A DNA stretch of 64,000 nt, from positions 78,740,001 to 78,804,000 of the forward strand of contig OZ260664.1 in assembly GCA_965285935.1 (NCBI GenBank), read 5' to 3'. Within the stretch, counting starts at the first letter, position 1. The number at the start of each line of letters is the position of its first letter. Origin of the DNA: Ophelia neglecta. Its lineage: Eukaryota. Of the stretch, positions 50,142-64,000 are shown in pieces. Made by a program: the position numbers and the translations under genes. The notes under the pieces are model-generated. The model had not been told where the DNA came from. It searched no databases and saw only the letters and a list, made by a program, of their open reading frames with translations.

Positions 50142-53100
50142 TAACGTCCGACCTATCCTTAAAACACAAGAGGCTGGACGTATTTTATATCATGGTATAT
50201 TAAGTGGAACTAGCTAGCGGTCGGCATAAGCACTTAGCGTTCTTGATAGATCCTAACAAGTTGTCTAGTGTAAAATATAAAGATAACTTGAATACATGAT
50301 GTCCCTGTGATATTCTATGCGTTTAAGGTATATGACGTTTTCGTTTTTTATCAGTAATTAGTTATCAATATATATTTGACAATCACCCATGTGACCCTTT
50401 AGTAGATTAGCCACAAACTAACGTTTGAAAAAACAACTTTACTTTATAGGAACTATTAACTGTAATGTATATGAACAAATCTTTCGAATAGGGTGACAGG
50501 CAGACATATCATAATCTGTAAACGAGTAATTGAAAAAAGAAACACTAGAGAAGAAAATAACAAGACTTAAAACATGTACCATGAGGACAATTATCAGACA
50601 TGATGGTCTTTGTTAAAATAATAAGTTGCACGAAATAGTTTATAATGACCCTCAAATGTAGAGACTTAAGGTTGATGGAATCATTTAAAAGATTCCACAA
50701 TTTGCGACGGAATGAGTCTATTTTTATTTAGGCTTTTAGTTATCTACTTCTCATTTTAAGGGATAGTTTTTTTGCGTTACAAGTTTATTTACTGTTTAGG
50801 AGCAGAGGATTGGTGCATGTGGGCCTGTGACTGGTAGTTCCTGATTATTTCGGAGCGATTTAGTGACCATTTTTATTATTTTCACAAAAATAAGCAAGTT
50901 CCCATTTCTATATGCGACAGAGAATACACTAGACATTTGCCATCATACGGGTCTTTTCAAATTCACGGATACGTATTTCACCATTGTTTCTAAATTTATC
51001 ATTCGCCTTGAGAACTTGTGGGATCCTTACATACCTCTCTTGGGACATTTTTGTCCTACTTTGACCACTGATTCGTTTTTGTGACTTTATTGCATGTGAT
51101 ATCAACTTTACGGGACATGTTGGTGAGCAGGAAATTCATTTAGAGTTCTGTGTGGTGCTGTGGCTGCTGATTTCTGATTAGTTCGTACCGATTTGTGTCA
51201 TAATTCCTGATCAATGATTTGGCTTTGTCTGCCGGGTTCCCCTCCCGTTTTATGTTAAGTACGCCCAATGATCTTGATTCATAATCCAACTCAACATCCC
51301 GATTCGGTTTACCTACTACCCAACCCTACTCATCCTTATTTCGTAACTAAATTAGGCCAAAATGCACACGAATGCCATATAGGTCTATATTCCGCTATCA
51401 ATGTGCGTGCCCCGAGCCAGCCCTCTGCGTGTCTGTTCAACTGCTAGTTTTTATCCATACTTACAAAATGGCGGTCGCAGCGTTTGAGGACCGTATCGGG
51501 AGGTACTTTTACTGCCAAGCACCCTTAACAAAACAGAAACGGGAGCTGGTACTTGGCAGCCAAAGTAAAATTGTTAATCACGAAAAACCCACTACATCGG
51601 TCCGAAATCTTCAGGAACCGCTACCTCAAGGCACACGTACATTCATCTCCAGCTCCCAAACAGGGAATAAACTTGTAAGGCCAATACAAAAAATAAAAAC
51701 ATAAAATGGATATGAATTGCTATGTAGTCAACATATTTATACCATACGAGTCAGAGCACAAACTTTACGAGTCAGTTGTTAACGTGGGACAGGGTTGTAA
51801 TATGCTCTAGAAGAGTATATGAAGATCCGAGCTCTCTCAAATGAACAAAATAAATATGACAGGTTCTCAATAAACACAAGACAAATAGGGGATGCAAAGG
51901 TCTTTGCGTACTTTTCGATAAGGCAGTATTGTCATGTTTGTACAGTGAACCAGCCACGCTTTTATTGTGACTGAACACGTGCATCTGCAATATACTATGT
52001 TATATCAGTATGACCAAATACTTTGGAGCAGAATGACTCAAATCCAATGCAGTCTTTTTTACTGCGTTGTTGTTTAAAAAATGGCAAATAGACGCTACCC
52101 ATGGACAGTCTGGAAGAGAGTCATCGATTTCATGTAGACTCTAGAAGGTTAAGACTTAAGGTTGATAGATTCTTTTATAGGATTCCACAAGTCCTGATGT
52201 GTTATACTTGTATAATTTGGTAAAATATCTATCTGTGAATTGAAACTGCCCGTCTTAATCTGCAGAGTTCATAACCTGAGTCAGTACCTTATGCACTGGA
52301 ACTAGGCAGAAAAACATATGCTTTCAGAAAGGCCACAAGCCTCGAAGTCTACACCCCGTTAGGTGGAATAGGAATATTACTAACAAAGAAAGTTAAGTTT
52401 ACTATAGGGAAGTCTAAATCATCTCACTTGTCAAAAAGACGTGAACTTAAAGAACGAATTTTGACCCCGTTGAAATCCTAATGCTTTGCCGAAACACCCC
52501 CTTACGAACCACCTGTTCACAGACGTTCTCGATGAGGATTTAAAGTAACTCGAAAAAAAGGGATGCGCTCAGCTAGAAGCAGAAGCCAAAGCAAGACCCG
52601 ATTGAACCGCAATTGATCTTTGGTGTAGGTTTATATGTTTATATGTAGATAAGGAACATAACATGTCTCTGGGTCATAATCAACTGACCTATCGTTAAAG
52701 TATGCTATGTATGTTTTGAGCAGAGGTCTATTGTCAAAATATAACATTCATTACAAACATGTATCGTGTCTAAGGTGTATGATCAATCGTCAAGTAGTCC
52801 ATACAGTCTAAGCACATGCACGTTCTATATCATAATAGCCTTCTACCTATTGTACATACTACATAGCCAATATAATGTAATTGAAGATGTTACAATTCGT
52901 TTTATACCGTATAATTTAATACACAGAGAGTATGCCGCCGAAACTTGTTGTTTTAAGTTGATTCATAAACGTAGTTGTCGGTTTATATATACTTTTTTTC
53001 TAAATTTTATTTTGTATTTATCTGTGATTCGTGTTTCCTTCTTGTTTTCCACTATAATAGCCATTGCTCAATGACTGAACTGTAACCACGCATATTTGTT

Positions 53101-53752
53101 CTGTATGACCCGATCACGTGCTTGTATGAAACACAATAACGTTTTACCTTTATAAAGAACTGAATTATAAAGCTGAGAGATACACAGTAACTGATCAATA
53201 TACACTGTGATGGATTTCGTCAATTCTTTCTTGCCGATTATGATGCATACTATGATTGGTTGACGCATAGTTCATAAGAAAAAGGATCAAAGTAGAAAAT
53301 CTCTCGAACGACAAAACTGATCTGTAACCATTAGGATTCAATCATGTCATACCGTGTAAGTAGTCCTTCCTATGTAGTATTAAACAACATTTATATGAGT
53401 CAGCCTTACAAGCACACTTTAAGTAACTATACCGTGACCAATCGAACGAAAAGTTATCGAGAGGGTAGTTATTTTTCCCTATTAACTTGCCATAGTAAGG
53501 TTAGTCTGGTGCAGTCAGTTAAACTTCTGTAGTCGATTCTTAGACGACCATTCTATTTTTCAGTCTTTTTTATATTTAATATGTACTATTAAAACTGAAA
53601 AAAAGATCCAGCTAAACATCCTGAATCTGTTTAATGAATATTTAATGAATTGGATATAGAATAGTGTGAACTCGTAGATGTCAATTTCAGATTATTAACA
53701 AATGTTTTTACGAAATGATTTAAAACCCGTCCGAAAGTCAAAGCGTAATATG

Positions 53753-53846
53753 ACCTGCACTGGCATCCCTTGAAATACTGAATTGACTCGGTTTTTTCAA
53801 GTGCACGTTCACCTGCACTGGCTTTCCTTGAAATACTGAATTGACC
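53753..53846 (+). repeat. 58-bp-period direct duplication
   Basis: acctgcactggc.t.ccttgaaatactgaattgac at 53753 and 53811. Confidence 0.8.
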
Positions 53847-56800
53847 GATGTATTTGCAATGGCAGTTCCACGCGTTTGAACTATTTGCCGGTGGTATTGA
53901 GATAAGTTACATCATTCAATGTTTTCTAATAGCAGATGAAAACATACTTGTATTCAAAGTATTCTATTGCTTAAGGAAATGCTTGTTTATTTTTATCTTA
54001 TTAAGTGACTTTACAATTTCTGTTTTTTTAAATTTTAGGCTATATATAAGTTTGATATATTTGATAGATTGTAATACGCTGGCGAGCATTCATGAATATG
54101 GAGCTGACGGAATAAGAAATTCTTATGATTAATTGATTGATTGATTGACTGAACGAGGCCCTGAATGCTGAAGGCCATTTGTACGAACTGCTGCAGAAAT
54201 ACGATCCCTAACTTATTCTGCTGTCTCAGTCAAAGACACTACTCGTTTTACCAAAGCAAGATCTACAACTGTTAATCGATCTGGTCCAGTAGAAAGTCCA
54301 GGATTCTGCAATCCTTTAGCTGCTCATGCCAGACTGCTGACTTGATAATGTGTTCCTAAACTAATTAACCCACTCCCTTAAGCATTCTTACGTATAATGA
54401 TGATCCTAATGTAAGTGTGCTGCTTAAATATACCTGTGATTACAGTAGTTCATTCGCTACCATTTTCCAATTGAATCTAACTCAATTGCGTAACCATTAA
54501 ACCTAATGTATATTGAACAAGGCATTTCTTTTCGAATCTGACCGATGTTTTTAAGTAATTGTTTTATCTTATCTATAAATGTTTTGTCATATCGTGTTTT
54601 TAAGTTCCTTTTTGAAATTGACCGCTACAGACACTGGGTGCTAATAAATTGATTACTTTTCTAGTAATAATTAATACCGATGACACGATATATTGTTTTC
54701 TGGACCGCAGGATAAAAATTAATTTGACCGAGCCATTGCCGGTGCAAATCTTTAAGAACAGAAAATTACTGACTATGATAGAATCTACACTAGTGCAAAC
54801 ATGCTGAATCACTTCTTCCGTAAGCATGCTGCTTAGTGATTCAAGACTAGATAGAGGTTATATTTCATCGTTATTTCTGATTATGAAAGCATATGATGGA
54901 TCAAATTGGGAAGATCAAATCATTGTATAAAAGTATCAATTTTTTAAAAAGGAAAGCAGCATCGATGCAACTAGCCTCATTATTTGAAATATGTTTATAC
55001 CAAAATCTATTCATGTTATTTCACTGTTCGACCAATCTTTATGCAAATAAAGCACAACAAATGTACTAGTAAACGTTTACTACTGAAGCATACTCAAAGT
55101 CTAGCCTATAGTGTTGTCCTGAAGTAGGGACAAAACACAGTAATCAATGTCGGCAACTCCATTTGATATGGTAGATAAACCCTCTTCAACTTGTCTACCA
55201 TGTTTATTGATAGTCAGATGATAACACTGGTAAATCACCGTGCTTACCAGGCCGTCTTGGTCATAGCAAAAACCTGGTAGTGTTCATGTAGGATCGACAA
55301 GTAAATGTTATTGAATTTTCTATCAGGTTGATCACGAGCATGACAGCAGTTTTCATCAGGCGTGTTGAATATATTTATTATAGTAATTCTTATTGTGGAA
55401 AGACACAAGTTCAATATTTCGTGACCATTAAGGTAAGAACAACAATTCATTTATTCAGAGTTTGTTTTAAATTGGATTTGTCTAATTGAGAAAGCATTTC
55501 ATTAAGCTTTTGTTGAGATGCACGTTGACGAAGATGGGAAGCATAGAATTTCAATAACTTGGGGACAATTCGTAAAAACTGTATGAAAATTGAAAAGCGG
55601 GGGTGGATACCCGGCAGACATAACAAAATCATTACTCAAGAGTAGCCCAATAAACAAGTGCAATTTATCAGGACCAACAGCCACAGGCCCACATGTATTA
55701 AACCCTAACTTCTAAACAATTAATAATCTTGTTGTGCTTATAAAATATGAAAACAAAACATTGATATAACAGGTTTGACCTTCCAATGGTGTAACACCTG
55801 ATCTATTTCCCGTGGTTGTTATTGACATTGAAATGTATAGTCCCAAGGGAAATATATTGATTAAGCTTTGAAACACTGACTGCCGCGGAACCTTTCACCC
55901 AGACGCACGGCCTTTGTTTTTACCCTCACATTCGTTGTGTTATCAATCCCACATTCAATGTTATCAATCCGTCAGCATTGAAGTCCTTGTGACATGCAAT
56001 GTTTTGTGCCTAAGAAAATGTATTACAGTAAATATAGTGTATAATTCTAGACAAGCCTTGGTCATCTTTCACATAATTATTATATGAAACTTATTTTTCA
56101 TTGCAACTGATCTGTTAATATCTATGGGTGCGTTTTTATTTGTTTCTTTTTAATTCACAGGGCACTCGTTTTCTTATTTCCACATGCTTTGAATTTAACG
56201 ATTAATTTGTTTTTATTGTTTTGAAAAAAGATAAGAAAACCTCAACTTATTATTAAAGAAAACTGCAATTAATACTAATATCTTATTATATATTAATATC
56301 TACATATTAATGGTATATATTTAAGATTGAAGGAATAAATGATGTACTAGTAAGACATTTTGACTTTATGCACACCTTCATGAATACATAGGTAGAACTA
56401 ATCCTCAAGAACAAGACCAAGATTGGTATTACTTCCAGTAATTGATTAACTACTTCTGGTAATAGATTAAGTTAAATAATTTGGGTTTGCCCCTTATAGC
56501 ATCTTATGTTAGCAAGATGATGGATATTGCCTTTTATGCGTTTAAAAGAGTATTTATTTATTTGCATTTTGGCATTGGTCTCGTCCTCTCACGTAGCCAG
56601 AAGACATTATCCAACTTAAATGTCCTTATATGTGAACTTTTATTTTTAGTGTCTTTGTAGATTGCACTTGAGTTGGTAATTTTCATTGACTAGTTTTACT
56701 GATCCTAAATGTATGGTTGTATCCTTATCTAGTGATACGCCAAATAAAGGTTTTGAATATTTTTATATATACAAATATATACATAGAAAAACAATGGAAT

Positions 56801-59800
56801 GAAATGTATGCTTTGAACTCCTAAATCAATTGTTATGATCTTCCAAATATCGTTAGTCATTATCACAAGATGTTGTCAGACAAAATTGATTGTTTTGACT
56901 GGTGCTCGAGTTTTAGAATAGTGAATTGTTTCTAGAGATCAGACTAGAAATAAACCTTACTCGTAGTTGGGGCGATTAGTTCTGCAATTCTTGTCACTTT
57001 GATACGCTAGTTAATTCAGTCATAACCTCCAGTATTATTGTTAATGGTCGGCTTAATGCGACCATGATAAGGATCAATTAATGATACAAGCAAAAGTATC
57101 ATTCCATTCTATTCTGGCCTCGCTGACGCTAATCCCGGAAAAGAGAAATTAGTTGCAGAGTGCATACACTGTGATTTCTCCAGGAGCTCTAGCCATGCAT
57201 TGTAAGTCCATGAGATGACGTCTCCCTACAATACTGGTGTTGTAGATTGAATCGCCTATCAGTATGGCAGTGAAACCCATATGCTGTCTAATTTTGTACA
57301 GTGCATCGAGGTGATACAAATGTAAAAAACAAATCTACTTATCCTACGTAAGGAGTAATATTTACTTTCCACGAATACATGACGTAAGAAATAAGTCTGG
57401 TAGACCAGAACAATAGCTTTTCTTGGAAGCGCTGAAGTTTCGCAAACAACATATCAGTTGGTCGAGCATGTATGAAAGGATATGACCGTATTGTGCTGAT
57501 TAGTGATGCTGCATCATCAAAAGAGGCAAAAGACGTCTGAATGTGTCAGTGCTCTAGTCTTTAAATATTTAGATATTTGAATCCTCCAAACCGAGTTTTG
57601 AATGACACTTATAAATAAACTTTCTAGATTATTACTTAAGGGCAGTGTTTGCATTGCAAAATATATCAACAACACACTTTAACGTCACAGCCTTTTATAA
57701 AGGTTTAAAAATTGTGAACAAACTCAATATAGTGTTCAATTGGCTGACTCTTGACTAGAGGACATGTTTATGTTTCAAGTTACCATGCCCGTTGCCCAGG
57801 AACAATCCAACATTTCAAGTATACATATGCGGAGCTAAAAATATAATCTTAGATGTAAGTGTATGATACCATTTCATTTCCACAACCAATAGTCAGGTCG
57901 ATGTTCCAAATTAGTATTTCGTCCATAATTAAACTTCGAACATCTTGGTATATAAGGCTAGTGGATACAAGGTAGGCGAACAAGATCATAAATCATGATG
58001 AGAACAATGATAAAGGTTCGTGTAATAGTACTCATGTCTAGTACCAAATGTCTTGGTTCGGATAACATTCCATATTATCACAATAAATTCAAATTTGTAG
58101 ACATCTAGGAGCTATTTTCTTCATAACGGGTACTATAAAACCACGTGGAGAGTCACAACATTGCCACATTAAACTATTGATTTCAGCGCTGCAAATGATC
58201 TAACCGTAGTGTATAATTAACTCACATTCCGCCAAGACGATGACCATAAGATGATGTACGCTCATCAGTCCATGCAGTGTGAAATTTGGTCAAAGCCCAC
58301 AGTATAACGACTAATCAACTGACAAATAGATTTACTAATCGATGGATTATCTCAGCAAGCAAGATAGCAACAGACCTGGATTAAATAATCTGGACAAGGT
58401 CAACATCGTCCACTCTTCAGTCTGATATAAGTCCAAGTGACCGCTCGTTTGGTTGACTTAATATCTATATACATTTATGTGACATTCCATACCAAATAAT
58501 TCCGTTCCTTAATCTTACCACCGGTACATGTGTTGTAGTTGGTCTCTTGGACCTTGCACGAGAAGCTAATTTACAATATAACCATTTTTTTTTTTTAAAT
58601 AAAATATAAGATTAAATTAGTAGGCAAAAAAAAAGGAAATGGTATACTGACTCATTTCCTTGTCACTGTGAGGACTGTTTCGACTTAATCGACTAAATTG
58701 GATATAGATGGGTTTTTTTGTCTTGACATAAGTCCAAAAGAGGGCCAAACACTATTCAAACAAAAAAGTATTTCGAGAGTTACCTATATTATTGCTGGAT
58801 ACAATGTCGATGAAAGCCCGGCCAAAACGTATTTCCTGTGGCATAAATTCACGGACACTCCAGGACTTAGGGTTCATTGGAGATAAATGGGTCGAGTTGT
58901 CAATTACTTTAATCTCAGGTCTTTACCTCGGCTGAACATTTTAAAACAAGTCATGGGTCTTCTTTATACCGAGATTCTTGTAGGTTGCAAGTGGAAGGCA
59001 GACGAAATGAGTAATTTCATCTAAGACAAATTATACATTCTGCTTATGTCAAAACAATTCCACTCAGATTCAAAATACATCTTAGACACAGTTTACTAGT
59101 CGGTTGTATAGTGCCTACGGTTAGGTATGTAACCATGCCAGTCGCCCGTAGAGTTTCCTGATTATTGCAGTAAACTTGGATCTATGTTGCCTATTTAATC
59201 TACACCAAGCTGCATATATTCACCATATTTGTTTCCCAAGCGGAATGAGTATATATAGTATGTGATTCACATCCAAGGCATCGACATTAATGAATGTGTT
59301 TATTGAAAGTCACCTGAGTGGCTACCAATATATACTTTGAAAATAAATAAAATAACCCTTAAGAACCTGATGTTTCCAAGCTAATCATGATACATTTTCA
59401 TTTCGTTATTTTTGTCATTTTATTAGAACCACGGTTCCACGTGGCGTGCTTATTGCTTTCTAAAATTGATTCCGGGGGTGTATGGCTCTAAAACATAAAT
59501 GTTATCTTATATTTGCAATCAACCACAGCAGTAACCAAACACACTTTTAATGTGACCTACTAAATAATTTTCAATTTATTAGATGTTTACAATGCGCAAT
59601 ATAAGTTTCTTTTCGGAAACTGGGCCTTGTAGCTATTTTGCATAACGACACTCCTAGGATTAATGGTGTTGATGCCAATTAAAATCACGGCATGCTTGGT
59701 TTTGGCAGGGAAGTCCGTTGGCTGGGCGACCAGAGGGTAGCTCTCATGAATATTAACCAGAAACAAGAGCGGATTAAATTTAATCAGGTCCCTGTAAGAC

Positions 59801-59939
59801 CATTCTCATTACCATTGCAAAATTGCTTGTCAGAAAGCCTAGGCGAGAGGAAAATGGTCGGATACAGTGAAAACGGCCACGAATAGCCTACCCGGACCTT
59901 ACCCGGAAACCAGATAACCTCCTGGGTAATTACCTTGTA

Positions 59940-60260
59940 GGAGCCTTAGACCAATCAGACCTCCAATGCCTCAACTGTGGCTGTGCATTTCTCTGAACAC
60001 CCAAACCAGACGGTAATCGCACAAAACGGTGGGCGCCTTGACCAAAGCTGCATTCGCTGGAAGAATCAACCCAACAAAGCATCGCAGGACGGTGCTGCTT
60101 GTAACATTAGTATGTATACTATATTATTGCAATCTTTTTAGCCTACGTCAACCAAGGCCAGTAACGGGGTTATTTTTTCAGAGTCTACGTATATAAGCTG
60201 TGTGTTAATTAGAGTTGGCCCACGTTTAGAGAGGCGGCCACTTCGTCAGATATTAACGGC
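59940..60260 (+). promoter_or_regulatory. Candidate HUNK promoter
   Basis: CCAAT (gaccaatcag, ~59950), half-CRE (tacgtca ~60144, ttcgtca ~60242) and TATATAAG at 60190, in a CpG-rich segment just upstream of the first coding exon. Confidence 0.35.
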
Positions 60261-60799
60261 CTTTCATCAATACTTGCGTCGTTGTTACCGGCCACTGATG
60301 CACATGATTACGGCAGACGATATCAGCTTTTTCCCCGTCTCCCTGGCACGAGCACAGATTCCCCCCAAAGGAGACTTCTCCCCGGCGACCAACCACACAA
60401 TTCGAGCGCTGGCACATTCGCGCATCGATCTGTGCCCAGGGGGGTACGACGCGTGTATATATATGTATATATCCATACACGTAGGCTATTGATCCAGTAG
60501 GATTGATAACGAACGAAAGTAAGGAGGAGCCATCGTTTGAAAAATATCTCAGTGTTTTATTTCATCTGCTTCCAGCTGAGCGGTACCTAGCAGGTAGTTC
60601 CTTCACATCAATGAGGATAGGACTACAGACAAATTTAGAAGAAATTCACAGCAATACAATACATAGGCGGACAGAGCTATAGAGATATACTTAGGTGGAT
60701 TTCTTCAAAGAATGCCGTGTTAAGTTACCAAGCAAGGGGAGTACAATTCCGGGGAATAAGAAATTGGTTACACTTCGGGAGGTCAACACAGTTACATGT

Positions 60800-61051
60800 A
60801 TGCATCCTAGAGAGCGAGTTATTAGGATGAAGCTGGACAATTCCTTGCGTGGTAGTTTGGCAATGGGCTCCGGGGTGCCAATGCCGGGTATGGTTCAGTA
60901 TATTCCCCCAAAGGTAGCAGAAGTTCATCGTGATGTGCTCAGAAACTTTCCCCATTCAAAGAGGGTCGGAAACTACCTATTGGGAAGGACTCTGGGTGAA
61001 GGATCATTCGCTAAGGTCAAGGAGGCCCTTCACATTCTTTCAGGCGAAAAG
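60800..61051 (+). CDS. HUNK: HUNK-like (hormonally up-regulated Neu-associated, AMPK/SNF1-related) Ser/Thr kinase, first coding exon; gene continues beyond the window
   Basis: ...VHRDVLRNFPHSKRVGNYLLGRTLGEGSFAKVKEALHILSGEK|gtacgt contains the Gly-rich loop and resembles HUNK (LRDFQHHKRVGNYLIG..LGEGSFAKVREGLHVLTGEK). Phase-0 donor at 61052. The start ATG is uncertain (60800 or a downstream Met). Confidence 0.85.
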
Positions 61052-62509
61052 GTACGTGTCATCTTCAACACTTGTCAAAATTCAGCTTCGAGATTCCTAA
61101 CCGTGCTAATTTCTGTAGGTCATTGTATATTAATCGCCTTTATATGTACACACATATAATTGAAAGTGTAGGTCTATGTGCTATATTAACATGTATTGAA
61201 GTAAATTGAATTCAAATATAAATGAAATATGAATGACCTCGCAGATGCTCGCATGCTTGTTTAGGTTAATCTGCTGTATTTAAAAATCAAAATTGGATTC
61301 GTATTATGCTATTCTAGAAATACCTACCCATGGTATCTAATAGATAGATCAAAGTTAAATTATTTAAAGTAAAAGCTTACAGGCCTACGTGACCATGTAA
61401 AAAACAAATGAAAGTACTAAGCCAGTCTTTGATTTGGATGTGAGTGAGACTTAGCAAGCGTACACCAATTTAAAGGAGACACTCAAAGCTCAACGATCGA
61501 GAAATCATTGTTTAACTCAATGCTGATTAGAAACCCTCAGATAAAAATTGAAGTTCGATCAATGATACATTAATAGTTTCACACATATGAGCGTCGGCGA
61601 TATCGCATAGACAACAAGTAAAACACTTAAAATTTGTTGACAGACCTTTGAGAAGCGATTATTTAGACCGTAGTAAACACACCCATGCAGATTACCATAT
61701 TGAAATCGCACGTTAATGTCAATAAGGTCTAGTAGATGATAAACTCTCGGCGCTAAATTACCCAAGTGAAAAGTACTTGGGTAGATTTTTGTTTTACTAC
61801 GCCGTCTACTTCCTTATAATTGCCACATCAGTATTGATCTAAGAAAGAGGTGATAGTTGACATTTCATACGAACTTTCGTAGGGACAAACGTCCTTATAT
61901 GAGGTCTTAGTGTGGCCGGCTCTCCGTACATTTTAGAGCGTGCTTTCCCAGCATATTGTTATTGGTTCTTAGTTCGCTCGATTTTGTTTATGTGTTATTT
62001 TAATAAATAGATGACTGAACTGGACACTTTCTCATTCAGCGAAAACAGAGCCTAAAACGGGCCAGAAGCCGACATTGTTTGTTGTGTGACCGAGAAATAT
62101 ACAGCCGGTATACGGTTAACTTGACCTCGTTTTGTTGTTAAGTCATATGCTGTAGAATATGGCCAATATTATTTTCTGTGTTATTGGAAACAATGGCGTT
62201 ATGCTCTATCCTTCGGAAAAAGGATTAAAGGAAAAAGTAGAAATAAAAAATAAAAAAAAGCGTTGCTACCAGATATAAAGGAGCAGTATATTGTTTTTTC
62301 ACATAAATTGGACTAACCTCTTAAAGTCTAAGTGATACAGGAACTATTTTTTGCCATTATCAACTCACATGGAAACACTTGTTCTATTTTAAGCAGGGCG
62401 AACGCCTTTGTTATGTACAATCTAATATAAATGTAGGATTTTACCAAATTTTATTATATCAATTGAGGGACTGATGATATGGAAATAATATATTTCAGAA
62501 TTTTGTAAT

Positions 62510-63250
62510 AATGATAACAAGAAAAATAATGATAATAATTATAATAATAATAAAACTCATATTTATACCTTGTCAGTTACCTGCTCTAAGGCGCTGTACA
62601 ATAATCAAAATCAAACCAACATACATGTAAATCTAAAATCAAGCCTCGAAAATACACCTCCCTTTGAACAGAAATAGATTTAGTTTGAAAACATATATAA
62701 TTGAATAATAAGTTTTATGCATAATGGTAAACAAGTTCTAAGTATTAACTATACTATACAATTCCTTTAAGATCAATCATTTATACGCATCGCAACATAG
62801 ATGCGTTTTCAGTTTCGATTTAAAACTGGACAGAGTACTGATTAATCTCAAGTCATTCACTTTGGATCTGCAAGAAATTGAACAAGAAGAGAGAAAAATG
62901 ACTGCGAAAAATCTCCTGAGAAGAAAACATTTGTTTACATATCAATAACCACAGAGAGGACATTCTAATGGCTCTGTGATTAAATTTGCTGACAAAGATA
63001 TATATATTGTATAGGTATTTAACTACGTTTATCGCTAGCAAGCCTTAAAAGATGTGTTGCAGAGCACTTTGTCGGGTCTGGTTTCAGCTGCAATAATCAA
63101 GCTTGGTCCATTTGAACAAATTTTGCAGAATCTACATCTGGCGGTTAGGTAATAAGGAACACGATTTGCAGATGGGGCCTGTAGCCTACAGTTGTCACGA
63201 TTTAGATGCATATTTTCTGACCATATGTCATGTACACGTCGACTTCCATA
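62510..63250 (-). mobile_element. Possible highly decayed LINE 3' remnant in HUNK intron 1
   Basis: (TTA)n-type tail with gcgccttagagcag...gtataaat motif on the minus strand. No clean protein motif. Confidence 0.3.
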
Positions 63251-63329
63251 ATTGGCCTATTTAATTTCAGGTGTAGTGCTTCTCTGAGATCTAACGTTTC
63301 TTTTTTAGTGTCCTTATTCGTATTTTTCG

Positions 63330-63572
63330 GAAAAACAGGGGTCAAAATCTATGTTTTTCAAAAAATTATGGGTCAAATTCTATGTTTAAAAACACAGGGG
63401 TCAAAACTCATACCGCCTGCAGACATGTTGGACTAACTCTCCTCAGGTGAGTCAAATCAGGGGGTCAAAATTCTTTGTTACATGCAAAAAGTAGGTATCA
63501 AAATTCTATGTGACCTGAAAAAAGGGAAGTCATTCCAGCGGAGCCCTACCTACCTACCTCCAAATAGTGAGG
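63330..63572 (+). repeat. MITE-like segment with repeated ggggtcaaaa(t)tctatg motif
   Basis: About five spaced copies of the motif. Confidence 0.5.
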
Positions 63573-64000
63573 TGAAATATTAAGTATGGCCTTATTTAAG
63601 TCCCTGCGTTTAATTAGTACAAGCAAATTTGGACACAGTCGGATACGAGTTAAGAGTCTGTGCTATAGGGCAAAATCATTAATTTAGCGTTGGTATACTT
63701 CACAACGACCTCAGCAGCACGACAAGGGTACTGCCTCCCGCAATCTTACCACGAGGGCTTAATGATGTCACTCGGCTTCTGGGTCAGTAAGGATACATGT
63801 CTTCAATGGGCAGTCCGAGTATGACTTCAAAGGAAAGCCACGAGAGGCATTAAGGAGACACGCACGTGGGAACACTCCAGACAACCTTCAGCCCCATGTG
63901 ACGCCAGCCAGACTTGACTTGACTCAATTATTTCTATAAACAAGTCACGCCTTGCTCAAACAGCGAATAGCATCAAGTAGCATATAGACTATTCTGACAA

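Noticed and set aside
60695-61159. 154-aa ORF as the complete kinase
   Set aside because: Homology stops at the GT donor (61052) and the rest is intron read-through. The GTG start is not a standard eukaryotic initiator.
1-64000. tRNA, rRNA, snRNA or conserved miRNA genes
   Set aside because: None were recognised by eye. A covariance-model search (Infernal/Rfam, tRNAscan-SE) would be needed to exclude them.

Overview
Eukaryotic (animal) genomic DNA, AT-rich and intron-rich, with no operon-like ORFs. The repeat content suggests a marine invertebrate such as a lophotrochozoan, but that is inference only. Two genes are recognisable, both on the + strand. (1) The 3' part of GOPC (PIST/CAL; coiled-coil + PDZ) appears as seven phase-consistent coding exons between 21340 and 33456. 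Its upstream exons were not found, so the preceding intron is probably >21 kb. (2) The first coding exon of a HUNK-like Ser/Thr kinase lies at 60800-61051. Between the genes (about 38-60 kb) is a TE-rich region containing a 5'-truncated LINE inserted into a complex ~480-bp satellite, foldback/MITE copies, and a decayed Academ-type DNA transposon with a nested MITE. The most unusual signal is that two different GOPC introns start with tandem arrays built from their own exon-end/5' splice site (a 102-bp x5 array and a ~36-bp minisatellite), giving trains of decoy donors. There is also a candidate stop-containing cassette exon that would swap the GOPC C-terminus, and a visible CpG-poor to CpG-rich transition near the GOPC 3' end. 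Most ORFs in the supplied track are spurious.
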